From Eledone cirrhosa (lineage: Eukaryota), in the NCBI GenBank assembly GCA_964016885.1, contig OZ024744.1, forward strand, positions 1,364,001 to 1,428,000: a stretch of 64,000 nucleotides of DNA, read 5' to 3'. Within the stretch, counting starts at the first letter, position 1. Each line of letters starts with the position of its first letter. The position numbers and the translations under genes are program-made. The notes under the pieces are model-generated. The model was not told where the DNA came from and made no database searches. It worked only from the letters and a program-made list of their open reading frames with translations. Shown piece by piece: positions 12,303 through 26,600 of this stretch.

Positions 12303-15300
12303 TCGTTCTTCACCAAGCTATCTTTCTCTACCTTGTCTTCCCTCAAAACGTCGTTCTTCACCAAGCTATCTTTCTCTACCTTGTCTTCCCTCAAAACATC
12401 GTTCTTCACCAAGCTATCTTTCTCTACCTTGTCTTCTCCCAAAACTTCGTTATTCACCAAGCTATCTTTCTCTACCTTGTCTTCCCCCAAAACTTCGTTC
12501 TTCACCAAGCTATCTTTCTCTACCTTGTCTTCCCACAAAACTTCGTTCTTCACCAAGCTATCTTTCTCTACCTTGTCTTCCCCCAAAACTTCTTTCTACA
12601 CCAAGTCATCTTTCTCTACCTTGTCATCCCTCAAAACTTCGTTCTTCACCAATCTATCTTTCTCTGCCTTGTCTTCCCCCAAAACTTCGTTCTTCACCAA
12701 GCTATCTTTCTCTACCTTGTCTTCACACAAAACTTCGTTCTTCACCAAGCTATCTTTCTCTACCTTGTCTTCCCACAAAACGTCATTCTTCACCAAGCTA
12801 TCTTTCTCTACCTTGTCTTCCGTCAAAACTTCGTTCTTCACCAAGATATCTTTCTCTACCTTGTCTTCTCCCAAAACTTCGTTCTTCACCAAGCTATCTT
12901 TCTCTACCTTGTCTTCCCTCAGAACTTCGTTCTTCACCAAGCTATCTTTCTCTACCTTGTCTTCCCCCAAAACTTCGTTCTTCACCAAGCTATCTTTCTC
13001 TACCTTGTCTTTCATCAAAACGTCGTTCTTCACCAAGCTCTCTTTCTCTACCTTGTCTTCCCCCAAAACTTCGTTCTTCACCAAGCTATCTTTTTCTACC
13101 TTGTCTTCCCTCAAAACATCGTTCTTCACCAAGCTATCTTTCTCTACCTTGTCTTCCCTCAAAACTTCGTTCTCCACCAAGCTATCTTTCTCTACCTTGT
13201 CTTCCCCCAAAACTTCGTTCTTCACCAAGCTATCTTTCTCTACCTTGTCTTCTCCCAAAACTTCGTTATTCACCAAGCTATCTTTCTCTACCTTGTCTTC
13301 CCTCAAAACTTCGTTCTTCACCAAGCTATCTTTCTCTACCTTGTCTTCCCCCAAAACTTCGTTCTTCACCAAGTCATCTTTCTCTACCTTGTCATCCCTC
13401 AAAACTTTGTTCTTCACCAATCTATCTTTCTCTACCTTGTCTTCCCCCAAAACTTCGTTCTTCACCAAGCTATCTTTCTCTAGCTTGTCTTCACACAAAA
13501 CTTCGTTCTTCACCAAGATATCTTTCTCTACCTTGTCTTCTCCCAAAACTTCGTTCTTCACCAAGCTATCTTTCTCTACCTTGCCTTCCCTCAGAACTTC
13601 GTTCTTCAACAAGCTATCTTTCTCTACCTTGTCTTCCCCCAAAACTTCGTTCTTCACCAAGCTATCTTTCTCTACATTGTCTTCCCCAAAACTTCGTTCT
13701 TCACCAAGCTATCTTTCTCTACCTTGTCTCCCCTCAAAAATTCGTTCTTCACCAAGCTATCTTTCTCTACCTTGTCTTCCCCCAAAACTTCGTTCTTCAC
13801 CAAGCTATCTTTCTCTACCTTGTCTTCCCACAAAACTTCGTTCTTCACCAAGCTATCTTTCTCTACCTTGTCTTCCCACAAAACGTCGTTCTTCACCAAG
13901 CTATCTTTCTCTACCTTGTCTTCCCACAAAACGTCATTCTTCACCAAGCTATCTTTCTCTACCTTGTCTTCCGTCAAAACTTCGTTCTTCACCAAGCTAT
14001 CTTTCTCTACCTTGTCTTCCCCCAAAACTTCCTTGTTCACCAAGCTATCTTTCTCTACCTCGTCTTCCCCCAAAACTTCGTTCTTCACCAAGCTATCTTT
14101 CTCTACCTTGTCTTCCCCCAAAACTTCGTTCTTCACCAAGCTATCTTTCTCTACCTTGTCTTCCCACAAAACTTCGTTCTTCACCAAGCTATCTTTCTCT
14201 ACCTTGTCTTCCCACAAAACGTCGTTCTTCACCAAGCTATCTTTCTCTACTTTGTCTTCCCTCAAAACTTCGTTCTTCACCAAGCTATCTTTCTCTACCT
14301 TGTCTTCCCCCAAAACTTCGTTCTTCACCAAGCTATCTTTCTCTACCTTGTCTTCCCTCAAAACTTCGTTCTTCACCAAGCTATCTTTTTCGACCTTGTC
14401 TTCCCCCAAAACTTCGTTATTCACCAAGCTATGTTTCTCTACCTCGTCTTCCCCCAAAACTTCGTTCTTCACCAAGCTATCTTTCTCTACCTTGTCTTCC
14501 CCCAAAACTTCGTTCTTCACCAAGCTATCTTTCACGACCTTGTCTTCCCTCAAAACGTCGTTCTTCACCAAGCTATCTTTCTCTACCTTGTCTTCCCCCA
14601 AAACTTCGTTCTTCACCAAGCTATCTTTCTCTACCTTGTCTTCCCCCAAAACTTCGTTCTTCACCAAGCTATCTTTCTCTACCTCGTCTTCCCTCAAAAC
14701 TTCGTTCTTCACCAAGCTATCTTTCTCTACCTTGTCTTCCCCCAAAACTTTGTTCTTCACCAAGCTATCTTTCTCTACATTGTCTTCCCCCAAAACTTCG
14801 TTCTTCACCAAGCCATCTTTCTCTACCTTGTCTTCCCCTAAAACTTCGTTCTTCACCAAGCTATCTTTCTCTAGCTTGTCTTCATACAAAACTTCGTTCT
14901 TCACTAAGCTATCTTTCTCTACCTTGTCTTCCCACACAACGTCATTCTTCACCAAACTATCTTTCTCTACCTTGTCTTCCGTCAAAACTTCGTTCTTCAC
15001 CAAGCTATCTTTCTCTAACTTGTCTTCCCTCAAAACGTCGTTCTTCACCAAGCTATCTTTCTCTACCTTGTCTTCCCTCAAAACGTCGTTCTTCACCAAG
15101 CTATCTTTCTCTACCTTGTCTTCCCTCAAAACATCGTTCTTCACCAAGCTATCTTTCTCTACCTTGTCTTCTCCCAAAACTTCGTTATTCACCAAGCTAT
15201 CTTTCTCTACCTTGTCTTCCCCCAAAACTTCGTTCTTCACCAAGCTATCTTTCTCTACCTTGTCTTCCCCCAAAACTTCGTTCTTCACCAAGCTATCTTT

Positions 15301-17812
15301 CTCTACCTTGTCTTCCCCCAAAACTTCTTTCTACACCAAGTCATCTTTCTCTACCTTGTCATCCCTCAAAACTTCGTTCTTCACCAATCTATCTTTCTCT
15401 GCCTTGTCTTCCCCCAAAACTTCGTTCTTCACCAAGCTATCTTTCTCTACCTTGTCTTCACACAAAACTTCGTTCTTCACCAAGCTATCTTTCTCTACCT
15501 TGTCTTCCCACAAAACGTCATTCTTCACCAAGCTATCTTTCTCTACCTTGTCTTCCGTCAAAACTTCGTTCTTCACCAAGATATCTTTCTCTACCTTGTC
15601 TTCTCCCAAAACTTCGTTCTTCACCAAGCTATCTTTCTCTACCTTGTCTTCCCTCAGAACTTCGTTCTTCACCAAGCTATCTTTCTCTACCTTGTCTTCC
15701 CCCAAAACTTCGTTCTTCACCAAGCTATCTTTCTCTACCTTGTCTTTCATCAAAACGTCGTTCTTCACCAAGCTCTCTTTCTCTACCTTGTCTTCCCCCA
15801 AAACTTCGTTCTTCACCAAGCTATCTTTTTCTACCTTGTCTTCCCTCAAAACATCGTTCTTCACCAAGCTATCTTTCTCTACCTTGTCTTCCCTCAAAAC
15901 TTCGTTCTTCACCAAGCTATCTTTCTCTACCTTGTCTTCCCCCAAAACTTCGTTCTTCACCAAGCTATCTTTCTCTACCTTGTCTTCTCCCAAAACTTCG
16001 TTATTCACCAAGCTATCTTTCTCTACCTTGTCTTCCCTCAAAACTTCGTTCTTCACCAAGCTATCTTTCTCTACCTTGTCTTCCCCCAAAACTTCGTTCT
16101 TCACCAAGTCATCTTTCTCTACCTTGTCATCCCTCAAAACTTTGTTCTTCACCAATCTATCTTTCTCTACCTTGTCTTCCCCCAAAACTTCGTTCTTCAC
16201 CAAGCTATCTTTCTCTAGCTTGTCTTCACACAAAACTTCGTTCTTCACCAAGATATCTTTCTCTACCTTGTCTTCTCCCAAAACTTCGTTCTTCACCAAG
16301 CTATCTTTCTCTACCTTGCCTTCCCTCAGAACTTCGTTCTTCAACAAGCTATCTTTCTCTACCTTGTCTTCCCCCAAAACTTCGTTCTTCACCAAGCTAT
16401 CTTTCTCTACATTGTCTTCCCCAAAACTTCGTTCTTCACCAAGCTATCTTTCTCTACCTTGTCTCCCATCAAAAATTCGTTCTTCACCAAGCTATCTTTC
16501 TCTACCTTGTCTTCCCCCAAAACTTCGTTCTTCACCAAGCTATCTTTCTCTACCTTGTCTTCCCACAAAACTTCGTTCTTCACCAAGCTATCTTTCTCTA
16601 CCTTGTCTTCCCACAAAATGTCGTTCTTCACCAAGCTATCTTTCTCTACCTTGTCTTCCCACAAAACGTCATTCTTCACCAAGCTATCTTTCTCTACCTT
16701 GTCTTCCGTCAAAACTTCGTTCTTCACCAAGCTATCTTTCTCTACCTTGTCTTCCCCCAAAACTTCCTTGTTCACCAAGCTATCTTTCTCTACCTCGTCT
16801 TCCCCCAAAACTTCGTTCTTCACCAAGCTATCTTTCTCTACCTTGTCTTCCCCCAAAACTTCGTTCTTCACCAAGCTATCTTTCTCTACCTTGTCTTCCC
16901 ACAAAACTTCGTTCTTCACCAAGCTATCTTTCTCTACCTTGTCTTCCCACAAAACGTCGTTCTTCACCAAGCTATCTTTCTCTACTTTGTCTTCCCTCAA
17001 AACTTCGTTCTTCACCAAGCTATCTTTCTCTACCTTGTCTTCCCCCAAAACTTCGTTCTTCACCAAGCTATCTTTCTCTACCTTGTCTTCCCTCAAAACT
17101 TCGTTCTTCACCAAGCTATCTTTTTCGACCTTGTCTTCCCCCAAAACTTCGTTATTCACCAAGCTATGTTTCTCTACCTCGTCTTCCCCCAAAACTTCGT
17201 TCTTCACCAAGCTATCTTTCTCTACCTTGTCTTCCCCCAAAACTTCGTTCTTCACCAAGCTATCTTTCACGACCTTGTCTTCCCTCAAAACGTCGTTCTT
17301 CACCAAGCTATCTTTCTCTACCTTGTCTTCCCCCAAAACTTCGTTCTTCACCAAGCTATCTTTCTCTACCTTGTCTTCCCCCAAAACTTCGTTCTTCACC
17401 AAGCTATCTTTCTCTACCTCGTCTTCCCTCAAAACTTCGTTCTTCACCAAGCTATCTTTCTCTACCTTGTCTTCCCCCAAAACTTTGTTCTTCACCAAGC
17501 TATCTTTCTCTACATTGTCTTCCCCCAAAACTTCGTTCTTCACCAAGCCATCTTTCTCTACCTTGTCTTCCCCTAAAACTTCGTTCTTCACCAAGCTATC
17601 TTTCTCTAGCTTGTCTTCATACAAAACTTCGTTCTTCACTAAGCTATCTTTCTCTACCTTGTCTTCCCACACAACGTCATTCTTCACCAAGCTATCTTTC
17701 TCTACCTTGTCTTCCGTCAAAACTTCGTTCTTCACCAAGCTATCTTTCTCTAACTTGTCTTCCCTCAAAACGTCGTTCTTCACCAAGCTATCTTTCTCTA
17801 CCTTGTCTTCCC
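12303..17812. repeat. Near-perfect tandem duplication, period 2735 bp (57 monomers - 1)
   Basis: ORFs 12596..13660/15331..16395, ends 13672/16407 and stops 14841/17576 all differ by 2735. Private markers GCTATGTTTC (about 14428/17163), CACTAAG (about 14902/17637) and CACACAACGTCATT (about 14933/17668) are shared. Confidence 0.93.
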
Positions 17813-18017
17813 CCAAAACTTCGTTCTTCACCAAGCTATCTTTCTCTACCTTGTCTTCCCCCAAAACTTCGTTCTTCGCAAGCTATCTTTCTCTACCTTG
17901 CCTTCCCCCAAAACTTCGTTCTTCACCAAGCTATCTTTCTCTACCTTGTCTTCTCCCAAAACTTCGTTATTCACCAAGCTATCTTTCTCTACCTTGTCTT
18001 CCCCCAAAACTTCGTTA

Positions 18018-20640
18018 TTCACCAAGCTATCTTTCTCTACCTTGTCTTCCCCCAAAACTTCTTTCTGCACCAAGTCATCTTTCTCTACCTTGTCATCCCT
18101 CAAAACTTCGTTCTTCACCAATCTATCTTTCTCTGCCTTGTCTTCCCCCAAAACTTCGTTCTTCACCAAGCTATATTTCTCTACCTTGTCTTCACACAAA
18201 ACTTCGTTCTTCACCAAGCTATCTTTCTCTACCTTGTCTTCCCACAAAACGTCATTCTTCATCAAGCTATCTTTCTCTACCTTGTCTTCCGTCAAAACTT
18301 CGTTCTTCACCAAGATATCTTTCTCTACCTTGTCTTCTCCCAAAACTTCGTTCTTCACCAAGCTATCTTTCTCTACCTTGTCTTCCCTCAGAACTTCGTT
18401 CTTCACCAAGCTATCTTTCTCTACCTTGTCTTCCCCCAAAACTTCGTTCTTCACCAAGCTATCTTTCTCTACCTTGTCTTTCATCAAAACGTCGTTCTTC
18501 ACCAAGCTCTCTTTCTCTACCTTGTCTTCCCCCAAAACTTCGTTCTTCACCAAGCTATCTTTCTCTACCTTGTCTTCCCCCAACACTTCGTTCTTCACCA
18601 AGCTATCTTTTTCTACCTTGTCTTCCCTCAAAACATCGTTCTTCACCAAGCTATCTTTCTCTACCTTGTCTTCCCTCAAAACTTCGTTCTTCACCAAGCT
18701 ATCTTTCTCTACCTTGTCTTCCCCCAAAACTTCGTTCTTCACCAAGCTATCTTTCTCTACCTTGTCTTCTCCCAAAACTTCGTTATTCACCAAGCTATCT
18801 TTCTCTACCTTGTCTACCCTCAAAACTTCGTTCTTCACCAAGCTATCTTTCTCTACCTTGTCTTCCCCCAAAACTTCGTTCTTCACCAAGTCATCTTTCT
18901 CTACCTTGTCATCCCTCAAAACTTTGTTCTTCACCAATCTATCTTTCTCTACCTTGTCTTCCCCCAAAACTTCGTTCTTCACCAAGCTATCTTTCTCTAG
19001 CTTGTCTTCACACAAAACTTCGTTCTTCACCAAGATATCTTTCTCTACCTTGTCTTCTCCCAAAACTTCGTTCTTCACCAAGCTATCTTTCTCTACCTTG
19101 CCTTCCCTCAGAACTTCGTTCTTCAACAAGCTATCTTTCTCTACCTTGTCTTCCCCCAAAACCTCGTTCTTCACCAAGCTATCTTTCTCTACATTGTCTT
19201 CCCCAAAACTTCGTTCTTCACCAAGCTATCTTTCTCTACCTTGTCTCCCCTCAAAAAGTCGTTCTTCACCAAGCTATCTTTCTCTACCTTGTCTTCCCCC
19301 AAAACTTCGTTCTTCACCAAGCTATCTTTCTCTACCTTGTCTTCCCCCAAAACTTCTTTCTGCACCAAGTCATCTTTCTCTACCTTGTCATCCCTCAAAA
19401 CTTCGTTCTTCACCAATCTATCTTTCTCTGCCTTGTCTTCCCCCAAAACTTCGTTCTTCACCAAGCTATATTTCTCTACCTTGTCTTCACACAAAACTTC
19501 GTTCTTCACCAAGCTATCTTTCTCTACCTTGTCTTCCCACAAAACGTCATTCTTCATCAAGCTATCTTTCTCTACCTTGTCTTCCGTCAAAACTTCGTTC
19601 TTCACCAAGATATCTTTCTCTACCTTGTCTTCTCCCAAAACTTCGTTCTTCACCAAGCTATCTTTCTCTACCTTGTCTTCCCTCAGAACTTCGTTCTTCA
19701 CCAAGCTATCTTTCTCTACCTTGTCTTCCCCCAAAACTTCGTTCTTCACCAAGCTATCTTTCTCTACCTTGTCTTTCATCAAAACGTCGTTCTTCACCAA
19801 GCTCTCTTTCTCTACCTTGTCTTCCCCCAAAACTTCGTTCTTCACCAAGCTATCTTTCTCTACCTTGTCTTCCCCCAAAACTTCGTTCTTCACCAAGCTA
19901 TCTTTTTCTACCTTGTCTTCCCTCAAAACATCGTTCTTCACCAAGCTATCTTTCTCTACCTTGTCTTCCCTCAAAACTTCGTTCTTCACCAAGCTATCTT
20001 TCTCTACCTTGTCTTCCCCCAAAACTTCGTTCTTCACCAAGCTATCTTTCTCTACCTTGTCTTCTCCCAAAACTTCGTTATTCACCAAGCTATCTTTCTC
20101 TACCTTGTCTACCCTCAAAACTTCGTTCTTCACCAAGCTATCTTTCTCTACCTTGTCTTCCCCCAAAACTTCGTTCTTCACCAAGTCATCTTTCTCTACC
20201 TTGTCATCCCTCAAAACTTTGTTCTTCACCAATCTATCTTTCTCTACCTTGTCTTCCCCCAAAACTTCGTTCTTCACCAAGCTATCTTTCTCTAGCTTGT
20301 CTTCACACAAAACTTCGTTCTTCACCAAGATATCTTTCTCTACCTTGTCTTCTCCCAAAACTTCGTTCTTCACCAAGCTATCTTTCTCTACCTTGCCTTC
20401 CCTCAGAACTTCGTTCTTCAACAAGCTATCCTTCTCTACCTTGTCTTCCCCCAAAACCTCGTTCTTCACCAAGCTATCTTTCTCTACATTGTCTTCCCCA
20501 AAACTTCGTTCTTCACCAAGCTATCTTTCTCTACCTTGTCTCCCCTCAAAAAGTCGTTCTTCACCAAGCTATCTTTCTCTACCTTGTCTTCCCCCAAAAC
20601 TTCGTTCTTCACCAAGCTATCTTTCTCTACCTTGTCTTCC
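18018..20640. repeat. Tandem duplication, period 1295 bp (27 monomers - 1)
   Basis: ORF ends 19177/20472 and 19000/20295. Private markers TTTCTGCACC (about 18062/19357), TTCATCAAG (about 18258/19553), GTCTACCCTC (about 18812/20107) and AAAACCTCGTTC (about 19158/20453) are shared. Confidence 0.92.
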
Positions 20641-23600
20641 CTCAAAACTTCGTTCTTCACCAAGCTATCTTTCTCTACCTTGTCTTCCCACAAAACGTCG
20701 TTCTTCACCAAGCTATCTTTCTCTACCTTGTCTTCCCACAAAACGTCATTCTTCACCAAGCTATCTTTCTCTACCTTGTCTTCCGTCAAAACTTCGTTCT
20801 TCACCAAGATATCTTTCTCTACCTTGTCTTCTCCCAAAACTTCGTTCTTCACCAAGCTATCTTTCTCTACCTTGTCTTCCCTCAAACCTTCGTTCTTCAC
20901 CAAGCTATCTTTCTCTACCTTGTCTTCCCCCAAAACTTCGTTCTTCACCAAGCTATCTTTCTCTACATTGTCTTCCCCAAAACTTCGTTCTTCACCAAGC
21001 TATCTTTCTCTACCTTGTCTTCCCCCAAAACTTCCTTGTTCACCAAGCTATCTTTCTCTACCTAGTCTTCCCCCAAAACTTCGTTCTTCACCAAGCTATC
21101 TTTCTCTACCTTGTCTTCCCCCAAAACTTCGTTCTTCACCAAGCTATCTTTCTCTACCTTGTCTTCCCACACAACGTCGTTCTTCACCAAGCTATCTTTC
21201 TCTACTTTGTCTTCCCTCAAAACTTCGTTCTTCACCAAGCTATCTTTCTCTACCTTGTCTTCCCCCAAAACTTCGTTCTTCACCAAGCTATCTTTCTCTA
21301 CCTTGTCTTCCCTCAAAACTTCGTTCTTCACCAAGCTATCTTTTTCGACCTTGTCTTCCCCCAAAACTTCGTTATTCACCAAGCTATCTTTCTCTACCTC
21401 GTCTTCCCCCAAAACTTCGTTCTTCACCAAGCTATCTTTCTCTACCTTGTCTTCCCCCAAAACTTCGTTCTTCACCAAGCTATCTTTCACGACCTTGTCT
21501 TCCCTCAAAACGTCGTTCTTCACCAAGCTATCTTTCTCTACCTTGTCTTCCCCCAAAACTTCGTTCTTCACCAAGCTATCTTTCTCTACCTTGTCTTCCC
21601 CCAAAACTTCGTTCTTCACCAAGCTATCTTTCTCTACCTCGTCTTCCCTCAAAACTTCGTTCTTCACCAAGCTATCTTTCCCTACCTTGTCTTCCCCCAA
21701 AACTTTGTTCTTCACCAAGCTATCTTTCTCTACCTTGTCTTCCCCCAAAACTTCGTTCTTCACCAAGCTATCTTTCTCTACCTTGTCTTCCCCTAAAACT
21801 TCGTTCTTCACCAAGCTATCTTTCTCTAGCTTGTCTTCATACAAAACTTCGTTCTTCACCAAGCTATCTTTCTCTACCTTGTCTTCCCACAAAACGTCAT
21901 TCTTCACCAAGCTATCTTTCTCTACCTTGTCTTCCGTCAAAACTTCGTTCTTCACCAAGCTATCTTTCTCTACCTTGTCTTCCCTCAAACCTTCGTTCTT
22001 CACCAAGCTATCTTTCTCTACCTTGTCTTCCCCGAAAACTTCGTTCTTCACCAAGCTATCTTTCTCTACATTTTCTTCCCCAAAACTTCGTTCTTCACCA
22101 AGCTATCTTTCTCTACCTTGTCTTCCCCCAAAACTTCCTTGTTCACCAAGCTATCTTTCTCTACCTCGTCTTCCCCCAAAACTTCGTTCTTCACCAAGCT
22201 ATCTTTCTCTACCTTGTCTTCCCCCAAAACTTCGTTCTTCACCAAGCTATCTTTCTCTACCTTGTCTTCCCACAAAACTTCGTTCTTCACCAAGCTATCT
22301 TTCTCTACCTTGTCTTCCCACAAAACGTCGTTCTTCACCAAGCTATCTTTCTCTACTTTGTCTTCCCTCAAAACTTCGTTCTTCACCAAGCTATCTTTCT
22401 CTACCTTGTCTTCCCCCAAAACTTCGTTCTTCACCAAGCTATCTTTCTCTCCCTTGTCTTCCCTCAAAACTTCGTTCTTCACCAAGCTATCTTTTTCGAC
22501 CTTGTCTTCCCCCAAAACTTCGTTATTCACCAAGCTATCTTTCTCTACCTCGTCTTCCCCCAAAACTTCGTTCTTCACCAAGCTATCTTTCTCTACCTTG
22601 TCTTCCCCCAAAACTTCGTTCTTCACCAAGCTATCTTTCACGACCTTGTCTTCCCTCAAAACGTCGTTCTTCACCAAGCTATCTTTCTCTACCTTGTCTT
22701 CCCCCAAAACTTCGTTCTTCACCAAGCTATCTTTCTCTACCTTGTCTTCCCCCAAAACTTCGTTCTTCACCAAGCTATCTTTCTCTACCTCGTCTTCCCT
22801 CAAAACTTCGTTCTTCACCAAGCTATCTTTCTCTACCTTGTCTTCCCCCAAAACTTTGTTCTTCACCAAGCTATCTTTCTCTACCTTGTCTTCCCCCAAA
22901 ACTTCGTTCTTCACCAAGCTATCTTTCTCTACCTTGTCTTCCCCTAAAACTTCGTTCTTCACCAAGCTATCTTTCTCTAGCTTGTCTTCATACAAAACTT
23001 CGTTCTTCACCAAGCTATCTTTCTCTACCTTGTCTTCCCACAAAACGTCATTCTTCACCAAGCTATCTTTCTCTACCTTGTCTTCCGTCAAAACTTCGTT
23101 CTTCACCAAGCTCTCTTTCTCTAACTTGTCTTCCCTCAAAACGTCGTTCTTCACCAAGCTATCTTTCTCTACCTTGTCTTCCCCCAAAACTTCGTTCTTC
23201 ACCAAGCTATCTTTCTCTACCTTGTCTTCCCCCAAAACTTCGTTCTTCGCAAGCTATCTTTCTCTACCTTGCCTTCCCCCAAAACTTCGTTCTTCACCAA
23301 GCTATCTTTCTCTACCTTGTCTTCTCCCAAAACTTCGTTATTCACCAAGCTATCTTTCTCTACCTTGTCTTCCCCCAAAACTTCGTTCTTCACCAAGCTA
23401 TCTTTCTCTACCTTGTCTTCCCCCAAAACTTCGTTCTTCACCAAGCTATCTTTCTCTACCTTGTCTTCCCCCAAAACTTCTTTCTACACCAAGTCATCTT
23501 TCTCTACCTTGTCATCCCTCAAAACTTCGTTCTTCACCAATCTATCTTTCTCTGCCTTGTCTTCCCCCAAAACTTCGTTCTTCACCAAGCTATCTTTCTC

Positions 23601-26600
23601 TACCTTGTCTTCACACAAAACTTCGTTCTTCACCAAGCTATCTTTCTCTACCTTGTCTTCCCACAAAACGTCATTCTTCACCAAGCTATCTTTCTCTACC
23701 TTGTCTTCCGTCAAAACTTCGTTCTTCACCAAGATATCTTTCTCTACCTTGTCTTCTCCCAAAACTTCGTTCTTCACCAAGCTATCTTTCTCTACCTTGT
23801 CTTCCCTCAGAACTTCGTTCTTCACCAAGCTATCTTTCTCTACCTTGTCTTCCCCCAAAACTTCGTTCTTCACCAAGCTATCTTTCTCTACCTTGTCTTT
23901 CATCAAAACGTCGTTCTTCACCAAGCTCTCTTTCTCTACCTTGTCTTCCCCCAAAACTTCGTTCTTCACCAAGCTATCTTTCTCTACCTTGTCTTCCCCC
24001 AAAACTTCGTTCTTCACCAAGCTATCTTTTTCTACCTTGTCTTCCCTCAAAACATCGTTCTTCACCAAGCTATCTTTCTCTACCTTGTCTTCCCTCAAAA
24101 CTTCGTTCTTCACCAAGCTATCTTTCTCTACCTTGTCTTCCCCCAAAACTTCGTTCTTCACCAAGCTATCTTTCTCTACCTTGTCTTCTCCCAAAACTTC
24201 GTTATTCACCAAGCTATCTTTCTCTACCTTGTCTTCCCTCAAAACTTCGTTCTTCACCAAGCTATCTTTCTCTACCTTGTCTTCCCCCAAAACTTCGTTC
24301 TTCACCAAGTCATCTTTCTCTACCTTGTCATCCCTCAAAACTTTGTTCTTCACCAATCTATCTTTCTCTACCTTGTCTTCCCCCAAAACTTCGTTCTTCA
24401 CCAAGCTATCTTTCTCTAGCTTGTCTTCACACAAAACTTCGTTCTTCACCAAGATATCTTTCTCTACCTTGTCTTCTCCCAGAACTTCGTTCTTCACCAA
24501 GCTATCTGTCTCTACCTTGCCTTCCCTCAGAACTTCGTTCTTCAACAAGCTATCTTTCTCTACCTTGTCTTCCCCCAAAACTTCGTTCTTCACCAAGCTA
24601 TCTTTCTCTACCTTGTCTTCCCCCAAAACTTCGTTCTTCACCAAGCTATCTTTCTCTACCTTGTCTTCCCACAAAACTTCGTTCTTCACCAAGCTATCTT
24701 TCTCTACCTTGTCTTCCCACAAAACGTCGTTCTTCACCAAGCTATCTTTCTCTACCTTGTCTTCCCACAAAACGTCATTCTTCACCAAGCTATCTTTCTC
24801 TACCTTGTCTTCCGTCAAAACTTCGTTCTTCACCAAGATATCTTTCTCTACCTTGTCTTCTCCCAAAACTTCGTTCTTCACCAAGCTATCTTTCTCTACC
24901 TTATCTTCCCTCAAACCTTCGTTCTTCACCAAGCTATCTTTCTCTACCTTGTCTTCCCCCAAAACTTCGTTCTTCACCAAGCTATCTTTCTCTACATTGT
25001 CTTCCCCAAAACTTCGTTCTTCACCAAGCTATCTTTCTCTACCTTGTCTTCCCCCAAAACTTTCTTGTTCACCAAGCTATCTTTCTCTACCTCGTCTTCC
25101 CCCAAAACTTCGTTCTTCACCAAGCTATCTTTCTCTACCTTGTCTTCCCCCAAAACTTCGTTCTTCACCAAGCTATCTTTCTCTACCTTGTCTTCCCACA
25201 AAACGTCGTTCTTCACCAAGCTATCTTTCTCTACCTTGTCTTCCCACAAAACGTCATTCTTCACCAAGCTATCTTTCTCTACCTTGTCTTCCGTCAAAAC
25301 TTCGTTCTTCACCAAGATATCTTTCTCTACCTTGTCTTCCCCCAAAACTTCGTTCTTCACCAAGCTATCTTTCTCTACCTTGTCTTCCCCCAAAACTTTC
25401 TTGTTCACCAAGCTATCTTTCTCTACCTCGTCTTCCCCCAAAACTTCGTTCTTCACCAAGCTATCTTTCTCTACCTTGTCTTCCCCCAAAACTTCGTTCT
25501 TCACCAAGCTATCTTTCTCTACCTTGTCTTCCCACAAAACGTCGTTCTTCACCAAGCTATCTTTCTCTACCTTGTCTTCCCACACAACGTCGTTCTTCAC
25601 CAAGCTATCTTTCTCTACTTTGTCTTCCCTCAAAACTTCGTTCTTCACCAAGCTATCTTTCTCTACCTTGTCTTCCCCCAAAACTTCGTTCTTCACCAAG
25701 CTATCTTTCTCTACCTTGTCTTCCCTCAAAACTTCGTTCTTCACCAAGCTATCTTTTTCGACCTTGTCTTCCCCCAAAACTTCGTTATTCACCAAGCTAT
25801 CTTTCTCTACCTCGTCTTCCCCCAAAACTTCGTTCTTCACCAAGCTATCTTTCTCTACCTTGTCTTCCCCCAAAACTTCGTTCTTCACCAAGCTATCTTT
25901 CACGACCTTGTCTTCCCTCAAAACGTCGTTCTTCACCAAGCTATCTTTCTCTACCTTGACTTCCCCCAAAACTTCGTTCTTCACCAAGCTATCTTTCTCT
26001 ACCTTGTCTTCCCCCAAAACTTCGTTCTTCACCAAGCTATCTTTCTCTACCTCGTCTTCCCTCAAAACTTCGTTCTTCACCAAGCTATCTTTCTCTACCT
26101 TGTCTTCCCCCAAAACTTTGTTCTTCACCAAGCTATCTTTCTCTACCTTGTCTTCCCCCAAAACTTCGTTCTTCACCAAGCTATCTTTCTCTACCTTGTC
26201 TTCCCCTAAAACTTCGTTCTTCACCAAGCTATCTTTCTCTAGCTTGTCTTCATACAAAACTTCGTTCTTCACCAAGCTATCTTTCTCTACCTTGTCTTCC
26301 CACAAAACGTCATTCTTCACCAAGCTATCTTTCTCTACCTTGTCTTCCGTCAAAACTTCGTTCTTCACCAAGCTATCTTTCTCTACCTTGTCTTCCCTCA
26401 AACCTTCGTTCTTCACCAAGCTATCTTTCTCTACCTTGTTTTCCCCCAAAACTTCGTTCTTCACCAAGCTATCTTTCTCTACATTGTCTTCCCCAAAACT
26501 TCGTTCTTCACCAAGCTATCTTTCTCTACCTTGTCTTCCCCCAAAACTTCCTTGTTCACCAAGCTATCTTTCTCTACCTCGTCTTCCCCCAAAACTTCGT

